From: Candidatus Anammoximicrobium sp.
Lineage (GTDB): Bacteria; Planctomycetota; Planctomycetia; Pirellulales; Pirellulaceae
Assembly: GCA_012515235.1 (NCBI GenBank)
Contig: JAAYYU010000042.1
Location: forward strand, 17,122-81,121
Length of the DNA stretch: 64,000 nucleotides
Direction of reading: 5' to 3'
Shown: positions 9,620 through 19,000 of the stretch, piece after piece
Position numbering within the stretch: position 1 is the first letter of the stretch
Layout: the number at the start of each line of letters is the position of its first letter
The notes under the pieces: model-generated
Told to the model about the DNA's origin: nothing
The model's input: the letters and a program-made list of their open reading frames with translations, nothing else
Database searches by the model: none
Program-made: the position numbers and the translations under genes

Positions 9620-12049
9620 TCACAGCATTCCGGCTCGCTTGCGGAGCAGCCATTCGCTGGCGATCAGCGCCACGAACAAACCCGCCCACAGCGAGGAGTT
9701 CCAGATCGGCACGGGGGGCAGCGATTCGATGCGCACCTGGCGGCCGCGCGGCAGGTCATCCAGCAGGCGGTGTGCCTGCAGGACGGTGTAGAAGCGGCCT
9801 TGCGACGTTTTGGCCGCCGCCTGCAGGTCGGCGGCGTCCATCTCCAAGCGGGCCTGTTCTCCCGGCGGCGCGACCACGGCAAACCGCTGCGACGGGGGCT
9901 GACCGGCCAGCGCCGGCGTCGCGATCCAAGCCCGGTACTTGCCGTCCGGCAGATTGCCCGCCAGACCCTCGAACACGCCGCGACTGGCCGCATCCCGGTG
10001 CAGGGTCAGCTGCCGCCGCTGGTTGCCTTCCGATTCCAACAGCACCGTCACGCCGTCGTCGCTGGACGGGGCCAGCCGGTCGTCGAAGAACCTCGCTCGC
10101 AGCCGCACGGTCTCGCCCCGGCGGTATTCGGTGCGGTCGGCGGTCAACTCCGCCAGTCGCCCGCCCTCGAGCAGCTTGGCGCGGCTCAGGTACCGCAGCA
10201 TCTGGAGCCAGTACCTGGCATAGTAACGTTCCCCGCCGGGATGCCGCGCCCAGCGATAGGTCTCGTCCGTCGCGTGAAAGACCACCTTGCCGGCGCCCAC
10301 GAATTGCATCGAGATCAGCGGCAGATGCTCGCCGCCGGCACCCAGCCGGGAGGGGTCCGCGGCCAGCACGCGCGCGCCCGGCCGCAGGTCCGGAGCGGTC
10401 AGCGACCAGTACCACTCGGGCATCTCTCGCCAGACGGCCAGGCTGGCGGGCACCGAGTCGGCCAGTTGCAGCGGGGGACTGGTGATGCCCAGCCGGGTCG
10501 GCTGCGGCGCGAATCCCTGGTCCAGGGCGGCCCCGGGCGCCGGGACGGACGCCGTGTCCGGGTTCACGGGCAGCAGCGCCGCCAGGGGCGTGTCGCGGTA
10601 GGCCAGCGGCGTGTAGGCCGGTCCGGCCAGCACGACCAGACCGCCGCCCCGCTGCTGGACAAAGGCCACGATGTGCTCCATGACCGAACGGCTCAAGAAT
10701 GACGGATTGACGTCGCCAAAGATCAGCACGTCGTAGGCGAACAGCTCTTCGCGGCTGACCGGAAAGACCCGTGCCGCCGTCTCGTCCTGTGCGGCGTGCT
10801 CCGGATCGGCGTCCTGCAGGACCGTCGTCAACTCCACGGCCTTGTCGTTCGAATTCGGTTTCAGGCTGCGGCTGAGGACGGTCTTCAAGTAGCGGAAGTC
10901 GTAGCTGGGATAGGCTTGGACGTACAGGACGCGGAGGGCGTCGTCGCGGACTTTGACGACTCGCGTCTGGCGATTGTTTTCCAGGTTGCCTTCTCCCGCC
11001 AACGGTTCGACTTCGACCGCAAACTCAAAGTCTCCTTTTTCTTCCGGCCGGTAGGACAGACGGACGCTTTGCGGTAGTCCGTCCTGGCCGAGTGTGATTT
11101 GTTGTTCGACCGCGGGCTGGCCTTCTCGTCCCCGGACCGCCAAACGCACGGTCGCCCGCTGTCCGGCGTAACCCGTCGCGGACAGCTTGAAGTCGAAGTG
11201 GACGAGGTCGCCCACAAAAACCACGTCGTCCACCAGCAGATCGGCCAGCCGCACATCGCGAGGCGGCCGGCTGTTGCCCAGGCCGACCAGGAACAACGGC
11301 ACGGCTCTGCGGCGTGCATCGCCGGCAACTTCGGCAACCGTCTTGCCTTCCGTCGTCACCCCGTCGCTGAACAGGATCACGGCCGCCGTGGGACGGCCAC
11401 GCTGCATGGCGAGCACGTCCTGGAGGCTTTTGCCCAGACGGCTGGAAGGCTCGCTGGCCTGCAGTCCGAGCAAATCCTGGAGCCAGGCGGCGGAACCGCG
11501 TTCCGCGCCGCCGGCGCCGCCGGTCAGGGCGCGGGCCGAGCCGCCGACGCGATAGACCTTCAGCCGGTAGCGCTGTTCCAGCTGCCGCAGCAACTCGCCG
11601 TTACGTTCCAGCAGCAGCATCTTTGCGAGGTCCAGACGCGACAGCTCCGTCAGCCCGGCGGCCTGGACGCGGCGAGCCAGCCCGACCCGCTCGGCGTCCT
11701 GGTGGTACTCGTCGACCGTCGCCATACTGCCGGAGTCGTCGATCAGCAACACGAGATCGGGCAAATCGGTCCGATGCCGGTGCAGCATCCAGCCGTACAG
11801 CAGGAACACGACCAGCACGATTAACAGGATCCGATGGGCCGCCAGGACCGCCTTTTGCAGTCGCCCGGCGCGGCCTTGCTCGCGGGCGTAGATGCCGATC
11901 ACGAAAGCGGCGGCGAGCACCACCAACACGATCGCTACGGACGGTCCCCAGGGCCAAGAGTGCGAACGGGTGATCTCCGTGCCGGGCGCGCCGCGGGCCA
12001 GCACGAAATCGCGCAGATCGCTCCAGACTCCAACCAGGGATTCGCTCAT
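9620..12049 (-). CDS. membrane protein with a von Willebrand factor A domain (BatB-like partner of BatA)
   Basis: I place the start at MSESLVGV (ATG 12049), overlapping the upstream stop as ATGA. Two TM helices are followed by a MIDAS-like LVLLIDDSGSMA, and there is a C-terminal TM (LWAGLFVALIASEWLL). The 5' part of the track ORF (to 12340) is Arg/Gly-rich junk. Confidence 0.8.
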   Translation of the reverse strand: MSESLVGVWSDLRDFVLARGAPGTEITRSHSWPWGPSVAIVLVVLAAAFVIGIYAREQGRAGRLQKAVLAAHRILLIVLVVFLLYGWMLHRHRTDLPDLVLLIDDSGSMATVDEYHQDAERVGLARRVQAAGLTELSRLDLAKMLLLERNGELLRQLEQRYRLKVYRVGGSARALTGGAGGAERGSAAWLQDLLGLQASEPSSRLGKSLQDVLAMQRGRPTAAVILFSDGVTTEGKTVAEVAGDARRRAVPLFLVGLGNSRPPRDVRLADLLVDDVVFVGDLVHFDFKLSATGYAGQRATVRLAVRGREGQPAVEQQITLGQDGLPQSVRLSYRPEEKGDFEFAVEVEPLAGEGNLENNRQTRVVKVRDDALRVLYVQAYPSYDFRYLKTVLSRSLKPNSNDKAVELTTVLQDADPEHAAQDETAARVFPVSREELFAYDVLIFGDVNPSFLSRSVMEHIVAFVQQRGGGLVVLAGPAYTPLAYRDTPLAALLPVNPDTASVPAPGAALDQGFAPQPTRLGITSPPLQLADSVPASLAVWREMPEWYWSLTAPDLRPGARVLAADPSRLGAGGEHLPLISMQFVGAGKVVFHATDETYRWARHPGGERYYARYWLQMLRYLSRAKLLEGGRLAELTADRTEYRRGETVRLRARFFDDRLAPSSDDGVTVLLESEGNQRRQLTLHRDAASRGVFEGLAGNLPDGKYRAWIATPALAGQPPSQRFAVVAPPGEQARLEMDAADLQAAAKTSQGRFYTVLQAHRLLDDLPRGRQVRIESLPPVPIWNSSLWAGLFVALIASEWLLRKRAGML

Positions 12050-14229
12050 GCCGACGCGTTTCCAAAGTATCCGGCCAGGGCTGTCTCGGCCAGCAACAGG
12101 GCCAGGACCAGTCCCAGAAAGTAGCGGAAGTACGGGGCCGGCTTCGTGGACGGCAACCCGCCGTCCGCGGCGTCGGCGTGGAATTCCGGATCGAATCGGC
12201 CCGGCAACCACTCCGGATCGATCCGCTCCAGATCGCTCTCCCGCGGGTTGATGTTCACCGCGAACTGTTTGATTCGGTCCAGGGGCGGGCCGAAGCCGAC
12301 CGCGTACACACCGCTGGCCGCAGTGCCGCCGAAAGACCATGTGCTGATCTCGCCGGTGTGCTGCAGCGGGACCCGCTCAGTCTCGCCCTGCGGCGTCTGG
12401 ACCGTCAGCGGTTCGGTGGGCGTGGCGCCCAGCAACGAACCCTCCAGGGAATCGCCGACCAGTACGTTCCGGGCGGCGAACCGGCCGCGGACCGCAAAGG
12501 CCAATATCTCCTGCACCAGCGGCGGAAAACTGGGCCATGTGGTCAGCGCGGTCCACGGCGTGGGGGGATCCGTCGCGCGGTCGACGCTGTCGGGGCTGAC
12601 CGCCGTCGTCAGCAGGATCACCCGGCCCCGCCCCACGGACTGTTCGAGGATGGCCGGATCGCCGCTGTCGAACGGCAACGCCACGCGGGCGGCGGCCGAA
12701 TCGTAGGGCCGGACTTGCACGTACTTCCAAACCGGCGTCGTCAGCAACCCGCTTCGCTCGTGACCGGCAAAGGCCGCGACGATCGGATGCCGATAGTCCG
12801 GCGGCGCAAAGAAGTAGCTGCCCGCCGGGGCAACCCGCTCCAGCCGCGCCGGCAGAAGCCGCCTGCCGCTTGCTCCCCCGCCCAACCGCTCGTGGTAGCT
12901 CTCCGGCTGGACCTGGTCGCCGAGGGCCACCAGCAACCCGCCGCCGCTGCTGACGTAATCGTACAACACGTCGGCTTCCTCGCGGCTGAATCGTGCGACG
13001 TTGCACAAGGCCACGCAATCAAAGCGGCTGAGATCCTGCTCCAGCAGCGCGTTCTCCAGCCGGATCGACGGCCGGACCCGCGGCCTGGAAGTCCGGCCGG
13101 GTTCCAAGGCATACGCCAGGTGGCGAGCCGCGCCCTCGCGGCCCTCGACGCACAACACCTCGACGGTCTCCCGCGCCGGGACGCTCAACCAGCGATGATT
13201 GTCCAGCGGCAAGGCGTCGTCGCTCAGACGGACTTCCACCTGGTGCTCGCCCGGCGCATCAAACGTGTGCGTCAACGAGACCGTGGCCCGGCCGTTGGCG
13301 GGAACTTCGAGGCTCTCCGCCCGCACTTGCTGGCCGTCGACCAGCAACACGATCCGCTTGCCGGTCCGCTCGCGCGAGCCGAACGCCTGCACCTCGGCCT
13401 CGAACGTGGAATTCCGCCCGGCCGTGACCAGGGCATCCCGCAACTCGAACGCGGTCACCGCCAGATTGGCAGCCTCCGCCTGGCCGACGTCGAACAGCGC
13501 CAGCGACGCCTTCTCGCCAAGACGCCCCATGCGGCTGCCGCAATCCGGCGTCGCCGCCTCCTCCCAGGTGGTCCGTCCCAGATCGGTAAAGAAACAGATC
13601 CGCGTCGCCGTCAAACGCGTCTGCCGTCGCTGGACCTCCTGCAACACGGTTTCGATTTCTGCGAGCGTCATCGACAGGCTCGCGCCGCCATGCCGCACCC
13701 GCAGGCTCTCGATCTCGTCCGCGACGTCCCGCGGATCGAAGGCCGGATCGGAGATCGCCACCTGGGGCGGATCGCCCATCAGCACCAGCGTGAACCCGTC
13801 CCCCTGGCGGCTGTCGTGGACGACCTGCGCCGCCAATTCCTTGGCCCGGTCCAGCCGGCTCTTGTCCCCGGTGCGGTAGTCCATCGAGTAGGAAACGTCC
13901 AAGACCAACAGGTAATGCGTCCGCCCGCCTGAGCCCAGCGCAGCACTCAGCGAAGCAGACAGCGAGAAAACCGGATCGGCCAGGGCCACCGCCAGGGCGA
14001 CCAGAACCGCCACGCGGACCAGCAGCAGGATCAGTTGCTCGATGCGAATCCGCCGCGCATTCTTGCGGACCGCGGCCAACAGAAAGTCCATCGCCGCCCA
14101 CGCCGTTTCCCGATACTTCCGCCGGCTGAGCAAATGGATAATAATCGGCAGACCCGCAGCCAGTCCCCACAGCAACATGGCGGCGTTGGCAAACGGCAGC
14201 GATTGAAGGAAGGCGCTCAGCGAACCCAT
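12046..14229 (-). CDS. BatA-like N-terminal double-transmembrane domain protein with a VWA-like region
   Basis: MGSLSAFLQSLPFANAAMLLWGLAAGLPIIIHLLSRRKY is the typical BatA/TIGR02226-type N-terminus. LLVLDVSYSMD is MIDAS-like. An alternative start is M at 14178. The track extension to 14502 is rejected. Confidence 0.8.
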   Translation of the reverse strand: MGSLSAFLQSLPFANAAMLLWGLAAGLPIIIHLLSRRKYRETAWAAMDFLLAAVRKNARRIRIEQLILLLVRVAVLVALAVALADPVFSLSASLSAALGSGGRTHYLLVLDVSYSMDYRTGDKSRLDRAKELAAQVVHDSRQGDGFTLVLMGDPPQVAISDPAFDPRDVADEIESLRVRHGGASLSMTLAEIETVLQEVQRRQTRLTATRICFFTDLGRTTWEEAATPDCGSRMGRLGEKASLALFDVGQAEAANLAVTAFELRDALVTAGRNSTFEAEVQAFGSRERTGKRIVLLVDGQQVRAESLEVPANGRATVSLTHTFDAPGEHQVEVRLSDDALPLDNHRWLSVPARETVEVLCVEGREGAARHLAYALEPGRTSRPRVRPSIRLENALLEQDLSRFDCVALCNVARFSREEADVLYDYVSSGGGLLVALGDQVQPESYHERLGGGASGRRLLPARLERVAPAGSYFFAPPDYRHPIVAAFAGHERSGLLTTPVWKYVQVRPYDSAAARVALPFDSGDPAILEQSVGRGRVILLTTAVSPDSVDRATDPPTPWTALTTWPSFPPLVQEILAFAVRGRFAARNVLVGDSLEGSLLGATPTEPLTVQTPQGETERVPLQHTGEISTWSFGGTAASGVYAVGFGPPLDRIKQFAVNINPRESDLERIDPEWLPGRFDPEFHADAADGGLPSTKPAPYFRYFLGLVLALLLAETALAGYFGNASA

Positions 14230-15175
14230 GTCCTTATCATGCGCGTTGGCCCCGATCGTGACAACGGTACTGAACGCCGTCTTGGCTTGGGCGCCCGAGG
14301 CAGCTGCCGCGGGGGAAACCACGTTGCGCTGGAACCTGCCCTCCGGAACGGCACTGAACGTCCAGTTGACGCAGACGACGCGGACGCAAACCACGGTCCA
14401 AGACGCCGTCGCCGCGGTCCAGATTGAAGCGGGCTGCGATCTCCGCTGGACCGTCGACGGCGAGGCTGCGGACGGAACGATACAGCTGACGCAAGCGTTC
14501 ACGCGGCTGTGGCTGAAGACCGCCTCGCCGGACGGCCAAGCCAGCGTCTACGATTCCGCCTCGCCGGAGGAACCGGCGGCGGACGTCACGGCGCTGGCCG
14601 ACGCCGTGCGCCCGCTGCTGCGCGTCAGGATCGGGATGAGCTTGTCGCCCCGCGGCGAAATCCTCGACGTGCGGCGCGCTGCGGAATTGGACCGTTTGCT
14701 GCGCGACCTGCCGGCCCTGAGCGGTTGGAAATCCCTGCTGACCAAGGAGGGCATGAGCCGCACGCTGCATCGGGCGTTGGGCACGCTGCCGAAAGACCCC
14801 GTCAACGCGGGCGACCAGTGGACCGTCACGCGCCAGTTGGACACGCCGTTGGGCCGCCTGGTCGCGACGGACACCTGCACCTATGAAGGCCCGGTCCGCG
14901 ACGGACAACGGACGCTGGACACAATCCGCATCGCGACCGACATGAGACTCGCCGGGGACGCCGCTTCGCCTGCGGCGGCCGCGACGGATCGATGGCCGCG
15001 GCAACAACTCCAGGGCGTCTACCGGTTCGACGCCGCGGCGGGCTTTCTTGCCGAGTCCCGCGTGTCGCAGACACTCCTTGCCGAAGTCCCCTACGCCGGC
15101 GGCAAGATCCAAATCAAAACGGTCTCGACCCTGGGAACCCGCTTGACGCCGACAGACGCGGAAACCGATCACTGA
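14228..15175 (+). CDS. exported hypothetical protein (DUF6263-like by recollection)
   Basis: 315-aa ORF with good GC3 coding texture. The N-terminus is hydrophobic and ends AAAAG. Its ATG overlaps the divergent BatA ATG within CATG, so the true start may lie downstream. Confidence 0.55.
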   Translation: MSLSCALAPIVTTVLNAVLAWAPEAAAAGETTLRWNLPSGTALNVQLTQTTRTQTTVQDAVAAVQIEAGCDLRWTVDGEAADGTIQLTQAFTRLWLKTASPDGQASVYDSASPEEPAADVTALADAVRPLLRVRIGMSLSPRGEILDVRRAAELDRLLRDLPALSGWKSLLTKEGMSRTLHRALGTLPKDPVNAGDQWTVTRQLDTPLGRLVATDTCTYEGPVRDGQRTLDTIRIATDMRLAGDAASPAAAATDRWPRQQLQGVYRFDAAAGFLAESRVSQTLLAEVPYAGGKIQIKTVSTLGTRLTPTDAETDH

Positions 15176-15437
15176 AATCCGAGTCCGCAAGCGCGACGTG
15201 ACGGGGCGAACCGCACCGCTGCGAAGCTGCCGCGAGCACGGCGTCATCCGGTTCCCCGGCGTTCCCCGTTCCGCGCCGCCGTTGATGGCTGTCCAGCCGC
15301 AGGCTTGCTGTCCACCGTTCGTCGTCTGAACGCGGCCTTCGCGTGGCTCTTCTTTGCCTGCTTGGCTTGTTCTTGGTAAACTGCACTCCGGTCCAGGCTC
15401 GTTTTCGCACCGTCCGCCTGTCGTGGAGGCATCCCCA

Positions 15438-16076
15438 ATGCAGCCGGCACAAAACATCCGAAAACGCTCGTCGAAAACGTTGGGCGGCCTTCCCCTGGTG
15501 GCCCTTGCCTTCGGGCCCGATCCAGAGCAAGGCGAGACGCGAGGGCACGCCCGAGGCGTGATTGCGATCGGCGATATCGCCACGGGTTGGCTGGCGATCG
15601 GCGGCGCTGCCAAGGGATACATCGCCATCGGAGGCGTCGCGCGAGGAGCCGTAGCGGTCGGGGGAGCGGCCATCGGGCTGATCGCGATCGGGGGCGGGGC
15701 TTTGGGCGTCATCAGCCTCGGCGGTCTGGCAGTCGGCGTGCTGGCGATCGGCGGACTGGCGATCGGCGGGATCGCGATCGGGGGCGGCGCGATCGGCATC
15801 GTGGCCATGGGCGCCGGGGCAACCGTCTCAGGAACAGACGGATGTCTTCTATCAGGCGTGGGGCGACGACCTGTTGGAACGTACCGTCCAGACGCTGCTG
15901 GCGGACCTGCACCGGGCAGGAAAGGGCGATTACTTCCGGGTGCTGTACGGCCGGCTGTGCGAAGAGCTGCCGCTGTCCGAAGTCGCCTCGATGCTGCAGA
16001 TTCCCACGGCTACGGCGGAAAACTACTACAAGGCGGCAACAGGCGGGGGCAAAGTCCGAGTTGGCCCGACTGGTAA
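15438..16076 (+). CDS. decapeptide-repeat (xAxGGxAxGx) glycine-zipper protein; the C-terminal third is probably non-native read-through
   Basis: MQPAQNIRKRSSKTLGGLPLVALAFGPDPEQGETRGHARG is followed by 8.8 tandem 10-aa units (VIAIGDIATG WLAIGGAAKG YIAIGGVARG AVAVGGAAIG LIAIGGGALG VISLGGLAVG VLAIGGLAIG GIAIGGGAIG IVAMGAGA). After 15821 the frame becomes Arg/Gly/Pro-rich while another frame reads as sigma region 4. Confidence 0.5.
   Translation: MQPAQNIRKRSSKTLGGLPLVALAFGPDPEQGETRGHARGVIAIGDIATGWLAIGGAAKGYIAIGGVARGAVAVGGAAIGLIAIGGGALGVISLGGLAVGVLAIGGLAIGGIAIGGGAIGIVAMGAGATVSGTDGCLLSGVGRRPVGTYRPDAAGGPAPGRKGRLLPGAVRPAVRRAAAVRSRLDAADSHGYGGKLLQGGNRRGQSPSWPDW
15558..15821 (+). repeat. 30-nt-periodic tandem repeat (coding) built around GCGATCGGCGG cores
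   Basis: The GCGATCGG(C/G)GG core or close variants recur every 30 nt, matching the decapeptide repeat. Confidence 0.8.
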
Positions 16077-16100
16077 GGGCCGCCGGCTTGGGATACCATT
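15820..16100 (+). pseudogene. orphan ECF-type sigma-70 region-4 fragment, lacking region 2 and frameshifted
   Basis: The frame starting at 15820 reads QPSQEQTDVFYQAWGDDLLERTVQTLLADLHRAGKGDYFRVLYGRLCEELPLSEVASMLQIPTATAENYYKAA, a sigma-4 HTH. After a G-run near 16040 the plausible continuation (QAGAKSELARLVRAAG) is in a different frame. No region-2-like sequence appears in any frame of 15176-15820. Confidence 0.5.
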
Positions 16101-16183
16101 CGCAGTCAGGTCGCCAGAGACGCTCCGGACGGTCGAGGGACAGTCAGCGCCGGCGGCTTCTTCATCAAGACGGGGACTGGATT

Positions 16184-16558
16184 ATGAGCGACTGGACGGT
16201 TCGAGGCACGGTGCATCTGATCGAAGACACGAAGACATTCGGTCAAAAGGGATTTCGTAAACGGTTGGTGGTCTTGGAACAGGACAAGGGACGCTTTACG
16301 AATTACATTCCGCTGGAATTCGTCCAGGAAGGCTGCGATGCGGTGGACGATTTGAACGTGGGCGACGAAGTCGATGTGCCCTTCCGGCTGAGCGGCCGCA
16401 AGTGGCAGCGCGACGCGGACAGCGAAGTGAAGTTCTTCCTGAGCGCCGAAGCGACGGGGTTCAAGGTCGTGCGGCCGGGCGGCAAGTCGGACGACCGGGC
16501 TCCGCTGCCGTCCGAATCGGAAGCGTTTGTGGACGATGACTTGGATACGCCGTTCTGA
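16184..16558 (+). CDS. DUF3127-like small OB-fold protein
   Basis: MSDWTVRGTVHLIEDTKTFGQKGFRKRLVVLEQDKGRFTNYIPLEFVQEGCDAVDDLNVGDEVDVPFRLSGRKWQ matches the DUF3127 pattern, followed by an acidic tail. Confidence 0.7.
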   Translation: MSDWTVRGTVHLIEDTKTFGQKGFRKRLVVLEQDKGRFTNYIPLEFVQEGCDAVDDLNVGDEVDVPFRLSGRKWQRDADSEVKFFLSAEATGFKVVRPGGKSDDRAPLPSESEAFVDDDLDTPF

Positions 16559-16589
16559 CGGCACGTAACGTCGGCGGTCGTGTCGCTGG

Positions 16590-17738
16590 CTACGAAACGC
16601 TCTCCAGCACGACGTCGATCACCGCTTCCGCGCCGTCGCGCAACAGCGTGACTTTGACTCGGGAGCCCACCTGGTGGCGATCGAGCGCTGTGAGTAAGTC
16701 TTCCACCGACCGGATCGGTTGGCCATCGAGGGCGACGATCACGTCGCCCAATTCGATCCGGCCCCCCGACATTCGGCGCGTGGGCCGAATGCCCGCTTTG
16801 GCCGCCGGGCCGTCGGGCACGACGCCCAGGATCAGGACGCCGGACAGTCCCAGTTCGGCGGCCAAGCGGTCGGGGCCGATTTGGATTCCCAACCCCGGCC
16901 GAATCACGCGGCCGTGACGGATCAGTTGCGGCACGAGCCGATTCACCTCGTCCACCGGAATCGCAAACCCGATCCCGGCCGACACGCCGGAGGGGCTGTA
17001 AATCGCCGTGTTGACGCCAATCAGCCGGCCCGCGCTGTCCAACAGCGGGCCTCCGGAATTCCCCGGATTGATCGCCGCGTCGGTCTGGATCATGTCCCGG
17101 ATCGGACGCTGAGTCACCGACTGGATCTCCCGCCCCAAGGCACTGATGATGCCCGTCGTCAGCGATTGGTCCAGGCCAAACGGATTGCCGATGGCAAAGA
17201 CCTTCTGTCCGACCTGGAGGTCGTGCGAGGTGCCGAGCGGAATCGGGTGCAGGCTGGCCGCGGGAGCGTCCACGCGCAGCACGGCCAGGTCCTTGTCGGG
17301 ATAAGCGCCGACGAGATGCGCCTTCCAAGTGGAATGATCGGTCATGGTCACCGTGGCCGCGTCCGCCTCCTGAATGACGTGAAAATTCGTGACCACGTGG
17401 CCGGCGGCATCCCAAATGAACCCCGAACCGGTTCCCTGCGGAAGCTGCATGACGTCGAAGCTGAATGCGTCTTGCCGGACCGCCATCGTCGTGATGTGGA
17501 CCACCGAGGGCGAAGCCTGGCGAAAGAGGGCGATCATCGACTGTTCGTCCGCCGCCAGGTCGCCGCGCGGCGTGATGGCCCGAGGCTCCGCCGGTGGCGG
17601 TTGCCAGCGAGACCGCAAGATCCACAGCGCGAAAACGGCCAGCAGCAGGCCGAGCAGGATGCCTAACCGGACGCCCGATGACGACGGCCGGTGCGGGCTC
17701 TGTCGAGGGCTTTGCGCGTGGCCAGTGAATTCGTCCAT
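16590..17738 (-). CDS. HtrA/DegP-family periplasmic serine protease with a PDZ domain
   Basis: Start at MDEFTGH (ATG 17738) with an N-terminal TM. Catalytic triad context TNFHVI, DLAVLRV, GNSGGPLLD. PDZ-like C-terminus. The track extension to 17966 crosses a repeat element. Confidence 0.9.
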   Translation of the reverse strand: MDEFTGHAQSPRQSPHRPSSSGVRLGILLGLLLAVFALWILRSRWQPPPAEPRAITPRGDLAADEQSMIALFRQASPSVVHITTMAVRQDAFSFDVMQLPQGTGSGFIWDAAGHVVTNFHVIQEADAATVTMTDHSTWKAHLVGAYPDKDLAVLRVDAPAASLHPIPLGTSHDLQVGQKVFAIGNPFGLDQSLTTGIISALGREIQSVTQRPIRDMIQTDAAINPGNSGGPLLDSAGRLIGVNTAIYSPSGVSAGIGFAIPVDEVNRLVPQLIRHGRVIRPGLGIQIGPDRLAAELGLSGVLILGVVPDGPAAKAGIRPTRRMSGGRIELGDVIVALDGQPIRSVEDLLTALDRHQVGSRVKVTLLRDGAEAVIDVVLESVS

Positions 17739-17816
17739 ATTCGGCTCCCGAAACTGAGCAGGGTGACGTGGTTCATCGCGGCTTGGCCAACCCAGCACGG
17801 CACTGATTTCGGTGCC

Positions 17817-17913
17817 GGGGTCAGGCTTACAGAATTCAATTCTGGTCAAGCAAAGTCCTGCCAGATGGTCGGGGTCAGCATCGACCAAAACAGAATTCTG
17901 TAAGCCTGACCCC
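17817..17913. repeat. palindromic MITE/REP-like element, copy 1 (97 bp)
   Basis: Perfect 21-bp terminal inverted repeats: GGGGTCAGGCTTACAGAATTC (17817-17837) and GAATTCTGTAAGCCTGACCCC (17893-17913). Lies between the GDSL stop and the htrA-like start. Confidence 0.85.
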
Positions 17914-17946
17914 TGTGCGCGCGAGCGTGCCATCCTCCATGGCAGC

Positions 17947-18951
17947 CTATTGTGGCGGTTTCCCATTCGGTGCTAGTTGCCGGATCTGTTCAGTCAACTC
18001 GGCGGCCTGACTCTGCGCCTGATCCAGCGGCAGACCGGCACGCATGGGACGCTGGTGGCCGATCGCGGTCAGCCAAGCGTCGGTCATGGTCCGCATCCGC
18101 CGCTGGACCAAAACAAACAGCCGGGCACGCTTCGACGTCGCGTCGTCGTACTGGCCGAACGCGGCGGCCAGCGAATCCTCCGGCACGCCCAGACCCTGCA
18201 GCAGCGCCCTCGCCATCACCTGGTGCCCGGCCGGATTCGGATGGACTCCGTCGCCCGAAAACGTGAACTTGGGGTCATGGGTCCGCACGGCCGCCAACGC
18301 CTGTTTCATCGGACCGTGCAGGTCGATCACGTGCCAGCCTCGGGCGCGCTGGGCCAGCAGCCAATCGGAGTACCGGTCCAGCACCTCGTTATAGCCCGCG
18401 TACATCTGGCCGGAAATGACTTTGTCCGCCGGGACCAGCTTGGCGCGAATCGGCAGCGGATCGAACACGGCCGGCGTCAGGTGAACGATCTTTGCGCCGC
18501 AGGCTTCGACCTTCTGATGCAATCGCCGCATGCCGTCCTGGAACCGCTGGAACCGCTCGTCGCCCCGGGGCAGGTAGATCCCGTCGTTCATGCCGTAGCT
18601 GGCGAACACCAGCTCGGGCTTGATGCGGTCCAGGACGCGGTCCAGTCGCTCGTGCAGATCGGGCCGAGGGAACTTGCCGCCCGCATGGCCGTCCTCCGAC
18701 AGCCCGGAGACCGTCTCGCTGGGCAAGCCGCAGTTGACGATCTGCCACGCTCGCTGGGGGCAGCGCACGAGCAATTCGGTCTCGACATACGCGACATACT
18801 TGCCGTCGTACGTGATGCTGTCGCCCAGGAATAGGACTCGATCGACGCCGGGCAACACGTCCTCCGCCGCAGGGCTGGACGAGACGGCCGCCAGAGTGGC
18901 CGCCAGACAGGAAAGAACGGCCAGTGCCTTCAGTAATCCGGAACGGTGCAT
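17947..18951 (-). CDS. exported SGNH/GDSL-family hydrolase
   Basis: Signal peptide, then block I VLFLGDSITYDG. GLPSETVSG and MNDG blocks follow, with GDGVHPNPAGH (DxxH) near the C-terminus. Confidence 0.85.
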   Translation of the reverse strand: MHRSGLLKALAVLSCLAATLAAVSSSPAAEDVLPGVDRVLFLGDSITYDGKYVAYVETELLVRCPQRAWQIVNCGLPSETVSGLSEDGHAGGKFPRPDLHERLDRVLDRIKPELVFASYGMNDGIYLPRGDERFQRFQDGMRRLHQKVEACGAKIVHLTPAVFDPLPIRAKLVPADKVISGQMYAGYNEVLDRYSDWLLAQRARGWHVIDLHGPMKQALAAVRTHDPKFTFSGDGVHPNPAGHQVMARALLQGLGVPEDSLAAAFGQYDDATSKRARLFVLVQRRMRTMTDAWLTAIGHQRPMRAGLPLDQAQSQAAELTEQIRQLAPNGKPPQ

Positions 18952-19000
18952 GGTTCAACTCCGTGAATGGGGACGCGAGTGTTTTCGACGGCGGCGGGCA

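Noticed and set aside
14230-14502. 5' over-extensions of track ORFs: 12046-14502, 9620-12340, 32472-35627, 16590-17966, 55090-56745, 45988-48132, 53543-54967, 59736-61514, 56601-58373, 37480-38868.
   Set aside because: The extended N-terminal parts are low-complexity or overlap upstream genes or repeat elements. Internal starts with Shine-Dalgarno-like sequences and family-typical N-termini or signal peptides fit better.
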